Shown: one piece after another, positions 48,799 to 64,000 of the stretch
How positions within the stretch are numbered: the stretch's first letter is position 1
Layout: every line of letters starts with the position of its first letter
Assembly (NCBI GenBank): GCA_030141605.1
Contig: JAQGDQ010000070.1
Coordinates: forward strand, 124,001-188,000
Reading direction: 5' to 3'
DNA: 64,000 bases
From: Tubiluchus corallicola
Lineage: Eukaryota; Animalia; Priapulida
Position numbers and translations under genes: made by a program
The notes under the pieces: model-generated
Databases searched by the model: none
Seen by the model: the letters and a program-made list of their open reading frames with translations, nothing else
What the model was told of the DNA's origin: nothing

Positions 48799-50340
48799 GT
48801 TTATCTGTTTTTACGAACATTTGATCATTTGGATTACTCAAGCAAAATGAGGCTGCACTAAAGTAGGATTTGATGCAAAAAATTGGATGCATATGATAAA
48901 GTTGCTTATGGATGATATTCCTTATGTACTGATAGCAATCACTAATGCATTTTTTATTGTAAATTACCTGTAAAATTGCATTCTTGTTCGTTTGCAATGC
49001 AATACCGCGTTCAGTGATGCATTTTTATTGTAAATTAGCTGAGAAATTTTGTGTTACTCAGTTTGCAGGGAAAAGGAGTGGCCGTACTTCGCACGTGGAT
49101 ACACAGAAAATTGTTAATTAATGGTAACGAGTCGGCTCTAATTATTTCTTGCAGAAATTTTGTTCAACTTGCTGTATTTCCTAATTCTTGAAGTCAAAAA
49201 CACGAGTTTACATTGATCAGTGCTTCAGCTTGTTCTACGAATTTTCCGTACAGATTAGTTAAACTTAGGTAGGTTTGGTTAGTTCAGTTAAATGGGGAAG
49301 AAAAGGCTATTTAAAAATATGACTCAGAAACTCTACATGAAGTTATATTACTTTGCATTATGCTCAACTGTTTGAAAGACTTATGTAGCCTAATTAGAAA
49401 AGAAAATTTTTAATAATTTAAAATATTCGCGCCAACTGGTAAAACGGCACTGCATCACTATACAATTATTCACAACTCACCAACCAGAAATACATTATTG
49501 ATGTTATTGGCAATATAAAGTTGTTTAAACTCCTATTAGTCAAAGAAGAGTATGCTACGAATGATACGACTATTTTTCACACTTTACGCAATGTTATCTA
49601 AACTTATTCCGAACGACTCACCCTCAAAATGGTTGCGTCCATGAAATGATCATCGCGAAAGTTTAAATTTCAAGTTTTATACAGCGTTACCTCTGCTAAT
49701 AATGTACTATGCAAGTGATGTAACACAAAGTTTTTAAGCTTTATTTACGAAGAGTATTTTCTTGTGCTTTAACTAAAGAAAGTAACAGTAATCACTTGAC
49801 GTGAGGTCAAATTTATAGTAGTAAATGAAATCGTGCATAATGCAACTGCTTAGCAGTGAAAATATTGCACAACGTACATGTTTTATTAATTCTGTTAAAC
49901 TGAATGATATTCTTTCACTTGTTTGCTTGATAGTTATTGTACTACACGTTTGCATTTTTAAGAGCATCTTGATATCTTGGTAACTTGATTATATTCTCTT
50001 TCAAATGACTTTTACGGTAGGTAGGCAGAGATAGACTGGACTCGTCTACGTATTTCATGTAAAATGTAGGTAAATTTTTAGTATTATTGTCCTGTATGAC
50101 CTGTCCCAGTAGATCAAATTTTCGTAACGTCAATGTCACACTTTTTGCACATCACTATTTTTTCAGATAAATTATGCCACTTCCTGAATAATATAATCAA
50201 CTCTATATAAATTAAATATGTTTTTGTTCGCAAAGACCAGGTAATTTACTTTACAGGACAAGTTTAAATGAGTTTCTTTTCGGATTTTTTTCTGCTGATC
50301 TCTGCGTAACTGCATGTAGGCTAAAGCTCGGCGTCTTTGC

Positions 50341-50582
<242 letters not shown>

Positions 50583-50985
50583 CGTAACAATAGTAATAAT
50601 AAACACCTGGGCGTTTTTTGACTGTATGTTTATGTGCTTCTAAGAAATTAAGAATGTTCTTCCTAACTGTTCATGACATTTTAGTACTAAATTTTGTGTA
50701 ATGAACACTACTCGTACTACATATCTGAAATTCATTCCTCCAGTCTGTATCACGACTTCTTTTCAACTACAAAATAAATTGCCAGGAAATCTTTGATCCT
50801 TTCATTTAATACTGCCGAGATGCCTATTAAAGTTTGCTGAGAAGAGCCAGATCTTGTACCGTTATTAATGGTTCTGATTTAATGTCTGCATTCTTAAGAA
50901 AAAACAGTTATTGTATCCTTACTTGGCAAACCTTCAAATTTGGTGCAGCTATGCGAAACCTGAGAGGAAAATTAACTGCGGTTTT

Positions 50986-51170
<185 letters not shown>

Positions 51171-51200
51171 CGTACCATTTTCGTAATCTATAGTTTAATC

Positions 51201-51299
<99 letters not shown>

Positions 51300-51820
51300 T
51301 GATGACTTCTTTTTAACATTATGCAACTAAGTATTTAAAGTTTTTTGGATTTAAAATTTAAAATTCCCCTTCGCACGAATCACGTTAGATCTTCACACGA
51401 ATCACTACCAATTCAGTCTGGTGGTGACATCTTTAGGCTAGAATTTAAACGATGAACTCCTAGTCAACGAAAGCAAATTTTTAATTATGTTGTACTAATC
51501 CCACAAAAAACAATCAACGAAAATTATGATTTTGTTTCCTACATCTGATCAAACATAACGCAAGACAAACTAGAACATTAATAAAGACAATTATTATGTA
51601 AAAAAGAAATAAATTACTCACAACGCCAGTCAGTAATGAATTCTGCATAATGGTCGTAACTAACTGCAAATACTTTAACCAATTTTTCCAATGTATTGAC
51701 AACAATATTAGAATCGTGATTAATTATTAGAATTAGTATAATTTGTGACAACAAACTAACTGTAACTAAGTCGTGTTTTATATCGATATCCTTTGCAAGG
51801 GTATCTTTTATTATCTACTA

Positions 51821-53435
51821 TCTCTTATATTAATATTCTTGGTATATATATATATTTATTTATATATTTATTTATATATAAGATTCGAGGCTACAGCCCG
51901 GACGAGGGCACCATTTGCGGCGATCTATATATCAAACGAAAGGTCTCGATCTAGTGTCGTCTCATTGGGGGTTTATTTTTCGAATTGGGCCCACCGGGAG
52001 GAAGGGGAGGCGAAAAACCTCCAAAAATGGCCATTTTTCGGCCGTTTTTTGCAAAAGTTATACGGCTGAGATGTAGAGAACGGGAACGGGCCGAGGGTGG
52101 TGCTGGGTATGGATAGATAGCCCGTTCAGCGGTGGGTGTCATAGGCCTATTTAGAATTCCCGAGAGGGCCACGGCGTCCCGCAACGGGCGTTTTCCCGGA
52201 CCCAACTCGCGATTTTTTCGAAATTTTGACCAAACAGCCTGCGGAAAAAACGTTCTAGCGGCGCCTGGTGGGACTCTCGGAAGGAGATATATAGCTCTTT
52301 AGAAAGAGGAAGGACAGGGCTACACGATGATGTAGGCTATATGTTAGGGCAGGTCCACCGAGAGAAGTACCGACGAGTTAATTAGAGGTTCCATTTTCGG
52401 CAATTTTCGCTTAGAAAATTGCTGACGCAAAGGCATTGTTCTGACGTCATCCATTATTGCTTATAGCTTTAATTCAGCAAAAAGCTGCTTTGCGTTAGAT
52501 AAACAGACATACAGTAGCTGCCTGCTGGCTTTGCGTTAGGTAAGTAGGCAGGATGTTACAAATGTTATAAATGAGGACTGTGTAGGATGTTCGCGTATTA
52601 TTGATTACACGTGTGTTTATACGCAAAATCTTTTGCAGGGCCTTTGCTATTTATTATATTATAGCACATAGTTTCAACTTTGTGAAAAATGTTTGGAATG
52701 GTTTTGTTGTAATGCTGTGTTGTTGGTGCTTGTGCTATAGGTGTCGTCATTATTGCCACCATCATCATCATCATCATCATCAACATCATGATCACCACGT
52801 GAGGTGGTGGATTTGATGTGGTGTGGTGGTGGTGTGCTTTGTGTGTTGTGCTATGGATGGTGTGGTGGGGTGATAGGGTGTGTGGGGTGTGGTGTGGGTA
52901 GTGTGGTATGGAGTGGGTGGCGTGGTGTGTGGGTGGGTGGGTGTTGTGGTGCAGTGTGGTGTTATGGTGTGGTGCAGTGCAGTGTGATGTGGTGGAGTAT
53001 TATGGTGTGGGTGATGTGGTGTGTGGGTGGTGTGGTGTGGTGTGGTGCAGTGTGGTGTGATGTGGTGGAGTCATATGGTGTGGGTGGTGTGGTGTGTGGG
53101 TGGTGCAGTGTGCTGCAGTGGTATGGTGCGGTGCAGTGTGGTGTTATGGCGTGGTGCTGTGCGGTGTGATGTGGTGGAGTATTATGGTGTGGGTGGTGTG
53201 GTGTGTGGGTGGTGCAGTGGTATGGTGTGGTGCAGTGTGGTGTGATGTGGTGGAGTGGTATGGTGTGGGTGGTGTGGTGTGTAGGTGGTATGGTGTGGTG
53301 GTATTGTGTGGTGCAGTGTGGTGCGATGAGGTGGAGTGGTATGGTGTGGTGCAGTGTGGTGTGATGAGGTGGAGTGGTGTGGTGTGGGTTGTGTGTTGAT
53401 TTGTGCACAAAATTCTTTTTGTGGGGTTTGGCTAG
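51821..53435 (+). mobile_element. Non-autonomous Helitron, copy 1 of tandem array
   Basis: Starts A|TC (TCTCTTATATTAATA) and ends with hairpin CACAAAA-TTCT-TTTTGTG, 8 nt, then CTAG|T. No TSD or TIR. Contains (CAT)n and a GT-rich minisatellite. Confidence 0.8.
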
Positions 53436-55385
53436 TTATATTAATATTCTTGGTATCTTAATATATTTATTTATATATAAGATTCGAGGCTACAGCCCGG
53501 ACGAGGGCACCATTTGCGGCGATCTATATATCAAACGAAAGGTCTCGATCTAGTGTCGTGCCATTGATGGTTTATTTTTCGAATGGGGCCCACCGGGAGG
53601 AACGGGGGGCGAAAAACCTCCAAAAATGGCCCTTTTTCGGCCGTTTTTTGCAAAAGTTATACGGCTGAGATGTAGAGAACGGGAACGGGCCGAGGGGGGT
53701 GCTGGGTATGGATAGATAGCCCGTTTAGCGGTGGGTGTAGTAGGCATATTTAGAATTCCCAAGAGGGCCACGGGGTCCCGTAACGGGCGTTTTCCCGGAC
53801 CCAACTCGCGATTTTTTCGAAATTTTGACCAAACAGCATGCGGGAAAAACGCTCTAGCGTCGCCCGGTGGGACTCTCGGAAGGAGATATATAGCTCTTTA
53901 CAAAGAGGAAGAACAGGGCTACACGATGATGTGGGCTATATGTTAGGGCAGGTCCACCGAGAGGAGTACTGGCGAGTTAATTAGAGGTTCCATTTTCGGC
54001 AATTTTCGCTTAAGAAACTGCTGACGCAAAGGCATTGTTGTGACGTCATCCATTGTACTCTGTCTATAACTTTAATTCAGTAAAAGCTGCTACAGGCTTT
54101 GCGTTAGTTAAACAAACAGTAGGCATGATGTTACGGGCTTTGTGTTATAAATGAGGACTAGGTAGGATGTTCGCGTGATATTGATTATACGTGGTTTTTA
54201 TGCAAAATCTTTTGCGGGGCCTTTGCTATTTATTATATTATAGCACATAGTTTCAACTTTGTGAAAAATGTTTGGAATGGTTTTGTTGTAATGCTGTGCT
54301 GTTGGTGCTTGTGCTATAGGTGTCGTCATCGTTGCCACCATCATCATCATCAACATCATGATCACCACGTGAGGTGGTGGATTTGATGTGGTGTGCTTTG
54401 TGTGTTGTGCTATGGATGGTGTGGTGGGGTGATAGGGTGTGTGGGTGTGGTGTGGGTAGTGTGGTATGGAGTGGGTGGCGTGGTGTGTGGGTGCGAGGGG
54501 GTTGTGGTGCAGTGCGGTGTGATGTGGTGGAGTATTATGGTGTGGGTGGTGTGGTGTGTGGGTGGGTGGTGCGGTGCAGTGTGGTGTGATGTGATGTGGT
54601 GGAGTCGTATGGTGTGGGCGATGTGGTGTGGTATGTGGGTGGGTGGTGCGGTGTGCTGCAGTGGTATGGTGTGGTGTGATGTGGTGGAGTTGTATGGTGT
54701 GGGTGGTGTGGTGTGTAGGTGGGTGGGTGGTGTGGTGCAGTGTGGTGCTGTGCGGTGTGATGTGGTGAAGTATTATGGTGTGGGTGCTGCAGTGGTATGG
54801 TGTGGTGTAGTGTGGTGCTGTGTGGTGTGATGTGGTGGAGTATTATGGTGTGGGTGGTGTGGTGTGTGGATGCTGCAGTGGAATGGTGTGGTGCAGTGTG
54901 GTGTGATGTGGTGGAGTATTATGGTGTGGGTGGTGTGGTGTGTGGGTGCTGCAGTGGTATGGTGTGGTGCAGTGTGGTGTGATGTGGTGGAGTATTATGG
55001 TGTGGGTGGTGTGGTGTGTGGGTGCTGCAGTGGTATGGTGTGGTGTAGTGTGGTGCTGTGCGGTGTGATGTGGTGGAGTATTATGGTGTGGGTGGTGTGG
55101 TGTGTGTGGTGCTGTGCGGTGTGATGTGGTGGAGTATTATGGTGTGGGTGGTGTGGTGTGTGGGTGCTGCAGTGGTGCAGTGTGGTGTGATGTGGTGGAG
55201 TGGTATGGTGTGGGTGGTGTGGTGTGTAGGTGGTGTGGTGCGGTGCGGTGTGGTGTGGTGGTATTGTGTGGTGCGATGAGGTGGAGTGGTATGGTGTGGT
55301 GCAGTGTGGTGTGATGAGGTGGAGTGGTGTGGTGTGGGTTGTGTGTTGATTTGTGCACAAAATTCTTTTTGTGGGGTTTGGCTAG
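53436..55385 (+). mobile_element. Non-autonomous Helitron, copy 2 of tandem array
   Basis: Same body and same hairpin+CTAG end; lacks the first TCTC; longest minisatellite of the three. Confidence 0.8.
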
Positions 55386-55388
55386 TTA

Positions 55389-56935
55389 TCTCTTATATTA
55401 ATATTCTTGGTATATATATATATTTATTTATATATATATAAGATTCGAGGCTACAGCCCGGACGAGGGCACCATTTGCGGCGATCTATATATCAAACGAA
55501 AGGTCTCGATCTAGTGTCGTGCCATTGATGGTTTATTTTTCGAATGGGGCCCACCGGGAGGAACGGGGGGCGAAAAACCTCCAAAAATGGCCCTTTTTCG
55601 GCCGTTTTTTGTAAAAGTTATACGGCTGAGATGTAGAGAACGGGAACGGGCCGAGGGGGGTGCTGGGTATGGATAGATAGCCCGTTCAGCGGTGGGTGTA
55701 GTAGGCATATTTAGAATTCCCGAGAGGGCCACGGCGTCCCGTAACGGGCGTTTTCCCGGACCCAACTCGCGATTTTTTCGAAATTTTGACCAAACAGCCT
55801 GCGGGAAAAACGTTCTAGCGGCGCCTGGTGGGACTCTCGGAAGGAGATATACGGCTCTTTACAAAGAGGAAGGACAGGGCTACACGATGATGTGGGCTAT
55901 ATGTTAGGGCAGGTCCACCGAGAGGAGTATCAACGAGTTAGTTAGGAGTTCTATTTTCGGCAATTTTCGCTTAGAAAACTGCTGACGCAAAGGCATTGTT
56001 GTGACGTCATCCATTGTACTCTGCTGTAATCTTATAACTTTAATTCAGCAAAAAGCTGCTACAGGCAAAGTAAACAAACAGTAGACACGATGTTACGGGC
56101 TTTGTGTTATAAATGTGGACTAGGTAGGATGTTCGCGTATTATTGATTACACGTGTATTTATACGCAAAATCTTTTGCGGGGCCTTTGCTATTTATTATA
56201 TTATAGCACATAGTTTCAACTTTGTGAAAAATGTTTGGAATGGTTTTGTTGTAATGCTGTGCTGTTGGTGCTTGTGCTATAGGTGTTGTCATCGTTGCCA
56301 CCATCATCATCATCATCAACATCATGATCACCACGTGAGGTGGTGGATTTGATGTGGTGTGGTGGTGGTGTGCTTTGTGTGTTGTGCTATGGATGGTGTG
56401 GTGGGGTGATAGGGTGTGTGGGGTGGGTAGTGTGGTATGGAGTGGGTGGCGTGGTGTGTGGGTGGGTGGGTGTTGTGGTGCAGTGTGGTGTGATGTGGTG
56501 GAGTCGTATGGTGTGGGTGGTGTGGTGTGGTGTTTGGGTGGTGCGGTGTGCTGCAGTGGTATGGTGTGGTGCGGTGTGGTGTGATGTGGTGGAGTGGTAT
56601 GGTGTGGGTGGTGTGGTGTGTGGGTGGTGCGGTGTGCTGCAGTGGTATGGTGTGGTGCGATGTGGTGTGATGTGGTGGAGTGGTATGGTGTGGTGTGTAG
56701 GCGGGTGGGTGGTGCAGTGGTATGGTGTGGTGCAGTGTGGTGTGATGTGGTGGAGTGGTATGGTGTGAGTGGTGTGGTGTGTAGGTGGTATGGTGTGGTG
56801 CGGTGTGGTGGTATTGTGTGGTGCGATGAGGTGGAGTGGTATGGTGTGGTGCAGTGTGGTGTGATGAGGTGGAGTGGTGTGGTGTGGGTTGTGTGTTGAT
56901 TTGTGCACAAAATTCTTTTTGTGGGGTTTGGCTAG
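55389..56935 (+). mobile_element. Non-autonomous Helitron, copy 3 of tandem array
   Basis: A|TCTCTTATATTAAT start, hairpin+CTAG|T end. Confidence 0.8.
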
Positions 56936-57049
56936 TTATTATTATTTTATTATTTTAAATCATTATATTTATCATAATAAGCTGCGCACTGATAGCAAGT
57001 TTACATCAGAATTTAAGTAAGAAAACTATATAAATTTTATTAACAACAA

Positions 57050-57370
57050 ATTAATGTGAAACATCATGTTCACGAAGCTGCGAATAAGTGCGCATAAACA
57101 CTAACAACCTAAAGTGCCTGGGAATATAAGAATCTGTCAACATTATGACAGCCAACAGGTTGAAGACGAAACTCATTTTTTGTTTTATTGTTTCTTCTAG
57201 AACCGGTTAAGACGAACTTTTTATTCTAATATTACGGACAATAGCAATTTCATTAACTTGAACAATAACGAAAAGCTAAAACTCATAATTGGGAGTAGAG
57301 CGACTGCGACATTACCAAGATAGTCGCCTATTACATTACCAAGTGTTTTTTAAAAAACGAAATAAATAAT
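57050..57370 (+). mobile_element. Decayed 3' end of a LINE ORF2 (zinc-binding C-terminus)
   Basis: FTKLRISAH...RICQHYDSQQVEDETHFLFYC..NRLR motif with stops and frameshift. Confidence 0.7.
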
Positions 57371-59804
57371 ACTAATATGTAACTGTTGATATGTGTTATT
57401 ATTTATTATTGTTATGCTAGCTGTATTTGCACTAAAATTCTATTATATTTGTTGTTTGTCACGTGTCTTCTGGCTACTATAGTTATAACGTAATAGCTTT
57501 GTTTTGCAAGTTTCTGTACTTTGTTGTTGTTTTACTGTTAATCTACGTATGTATGTCATTGTCATGTTTAGTTTTGTTTAGTTTAGTTTATTTTTACAAA
57601 ATGCCACGACATTATCTATATTGTTACATACATTTCAAAACAATACATTAGATTGTAATACGATATTGTACAATACAAACAAAACTCATAATTTTACAAG
57701 ATATTCCGATATCGGCTCAGACCAAGAAGATGAACTTGTAGAGGCCGAAGCAGAAGGCAGAATGGAAAGAAAATGTAGAAGGTGCGAAATAAAATAAACA
57801 AGGAGAATGAAATATTAGGGTGATAGAAAGGACAAGGAAATGACAATAAAAAGTGAATGTGATGATGATAAAAATGAAGATTAGATTCACATGAGAATGT
57901 AAACAAGAAACAGATCAATTAACTGAGCTACTGTAATATATATATATATGCCAATATAATTCTATTATAATATTTATAATTCATTGTATCTTTTGTGTAG
58001 TGTTCATTTTACATGTTTTATTATGTGTGCTATTAACAAATGATTGAGCTGCATGTGCAACTGTATATGTATAATTTATACAGTTGCACATGTAGCTCAA
58101 TACTGATTTATTATATATATATCAAATAAATAATAAATAATGGCAATAATTAGTCAAAACATCTTTCACCAAACCCGATATACATGTATCTTAGTGAGCA
58201 AAATTTTTTAGTTAGTCTTCATTAAAGCAATGGGCAGTACAGAAACTAGAAAAAGAAAAACCCAAAATGATAAAACTTAGTCACGAAAATGCAGTGGTAC
58301 GTCAAATTGTACAACTTGGCATCTCAGCCAAACCGGAATTACTCGCTATTGTAAATGAAACATTTTTTGACTTATTATAATTATTGTGAAAGTAACACTC
58401 ACTACAAAAAAGGGAAAAAGAAAAAGCTTCCAAAAATAAAATAAAAATCGGTTTTTATTCGGTTACCTCCAAAATTAGCTACGAAGCCCGAAGGAATATG
58501 AAAATTTATTTGCACTTGAAATGAATTAAACTTGTACAGTTACTTCACTGAAATGAGAAAGCTTGTACCACCAATTTATTACGTAGGACTAAGAAAAGTT
58601 AAATTAAAATTTGTTGAATGTGACAAGTTTAGTAAAATTTGCTTTAGAGGTGCTTTTGCATAATTATACCACGAGTAATACCGTTTAAGTGCTGCTGCTT
58701 TTTTATTTATTGTTTAGTAAAGATTAAATTTTAACGTCCTTAAGTTAAGCTACACTGAAGCTGGTCAATTATCAGTGAATACCTAGGTTCGTGGCTACCT
58801 AGGTTCAACACTCACTCTGGGAGATTTCATTCACCAAACTGATTTTGGCTGTTTACCTGGTTGAGGAAAAAATTTCAGTTAGACTATGTTAAACCAATGT
58901 AAAGATAAAGAAACTAGAAAAATGGAAATCCAAAATGATAAATCACGTGGGCATTCAAACGTGGTCAACACCACTACTGGTCAGTGGCTCATTTTAAAGG
59001 GTCATCCTTGATAAAATACCAGATTCCCGTCTCGCCTCAAGTAAGCTGTCGAGAAATTCAAATCTCTCTTATATATTGGCTTCAATGCAGTTTACGCCGC
59101 AATAATTAAGTGAATTCACGGAGAGATAAGTCAGTTGAGTTATACTACACGATTTCTGTTTTTACGGAACAAAGAAATTTTGATTGCAAACTATCTACGT
59201 CTAAAGATGATTTATTTCTACACACTACAATTTAAAAATTTACAAAATAGCCCCTCCCTCCGTTAAATGCTGTATTCTCACTTACAATATGCTGCATGGC
59301 TTAAAAAAGCAAGCTAGCAACCGGACGACAATACAAAATTCAAAGGGACGGGTTAATTAAACGCAGTAATAAGATACTGAACCAAAAAACATCATTTTTA
59401 TTTTATAGTACAGCCAATTTTCAAAGCGTTTTCAGTCTGCATAGATAAGAGATTGAAGGGCTGATAACTAGCGGGCAAATGGACAAACACTAGAGGTATT
59501 TTTACTGTCCACCGTACCATGACTGTGTGGTATTATTGTTAAAGGTTGTTCGTAGCTGGACAAAGTTCAATCAGCAAAGTACAAGTTGACGTTGATGCGT
59601 CTTGATGTTTGACGCAACAACGATAGTGAAACTATTAATAAAATGATTGTATAGTACGGTATTGCATTGCAAACTACCCTGTGGCCAGTTTTAAGACGTT
59701 TGACAAGGTTAGGGGTGCTACCTGAAATTGGGCGACGCCTTTAAGTTTCCGTGCATCGCTGCTGGTGTTAAAATTTTCAGTTCTGCGTCTGTAACACTTC
59801 TATC

Positions 59805-63711
<3,907 letters not shown>

Positions 63712-64000
63712 GTAATTATCTGATTTTCAACTACAAATATCGCCGTTCTCGCGTCGATATTTGGACAAAAAAGGACAGAAAAGGACAAAGATACTTATTT
63801 GCAGTCGCTGAGACTACAGATAACATTTGCCAATGGCTAACATAAGCGACTCTTAACGAATACAATGATACTGAGACGTCACAAATAAAAACACAGATAG
63901 CAGCAAGTGTTTGCGCCAATATAAGTCGCCGTGAATATTTTATTTGTCAAAAATAAATGTATTATTTTTTGTCAAACATAAAATATAAGTAAGTATTCTA

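Noticed and set aside
51951-56910. Repeated ORFs (MGPGKRPLRD..., His/Thr/Pro-rich and Val/Trp/Cys-rich frames) as a protein family, or the repeats as a CRISPR-like array
   Set aside because: They are translations of the Helitron body and its GT minisatellite. No domain motifs, no constant-repeat/unique-spacer structure, no cas genes, and the context is eukaryotic.

Overview
AT-rich, intron-containing DNA from an invertebrate animal (probably a bilaterian; the species cannot be determined from sequence alone). I reconstructed three spliced protein-coding genes by hand from GT-AG sites. (1) A complete SGLT-type sodium/sugar cotransporter (SLC5 family) on the minus strand, 20414-4191. (2) A complete but divergent Iroquois (Irx) TALE homeobox gene on the minus strand, about 34651-28820. 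(3) The first four coding exons of a luciferase/4-coumarate-CoA-ligase-like acyl-CoA synthetase on the plus strand, from 59805 past the window end. The most striking observation is that the SLC5 gene carries two intact, ~43%-identical copies of exon 8 (14164-13950 and 11318-11110). They share splice phases and both have lengths of 3n+2, so exactly one can be used at a time: a candidate mutually exclusive exon switch over the extracellular loop and the sugar-binding WYW helix. The intergenic and intronic DNA holds decayed and nested LINEs, a three-copy head-to-tail non-autonomous Helitron array and a hAT MITE. It also holds an inverted pair of Penelope-type minimal hammerhead ribozyme motifs in Irx intron 1, a foldback of two pseudo-tRNAs around a CTCF-like motif, several short palindromes and many microsatellites. 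No prokaryotic features, CRISPR arrays, rRNA or credible intact tRNA genes were seen.
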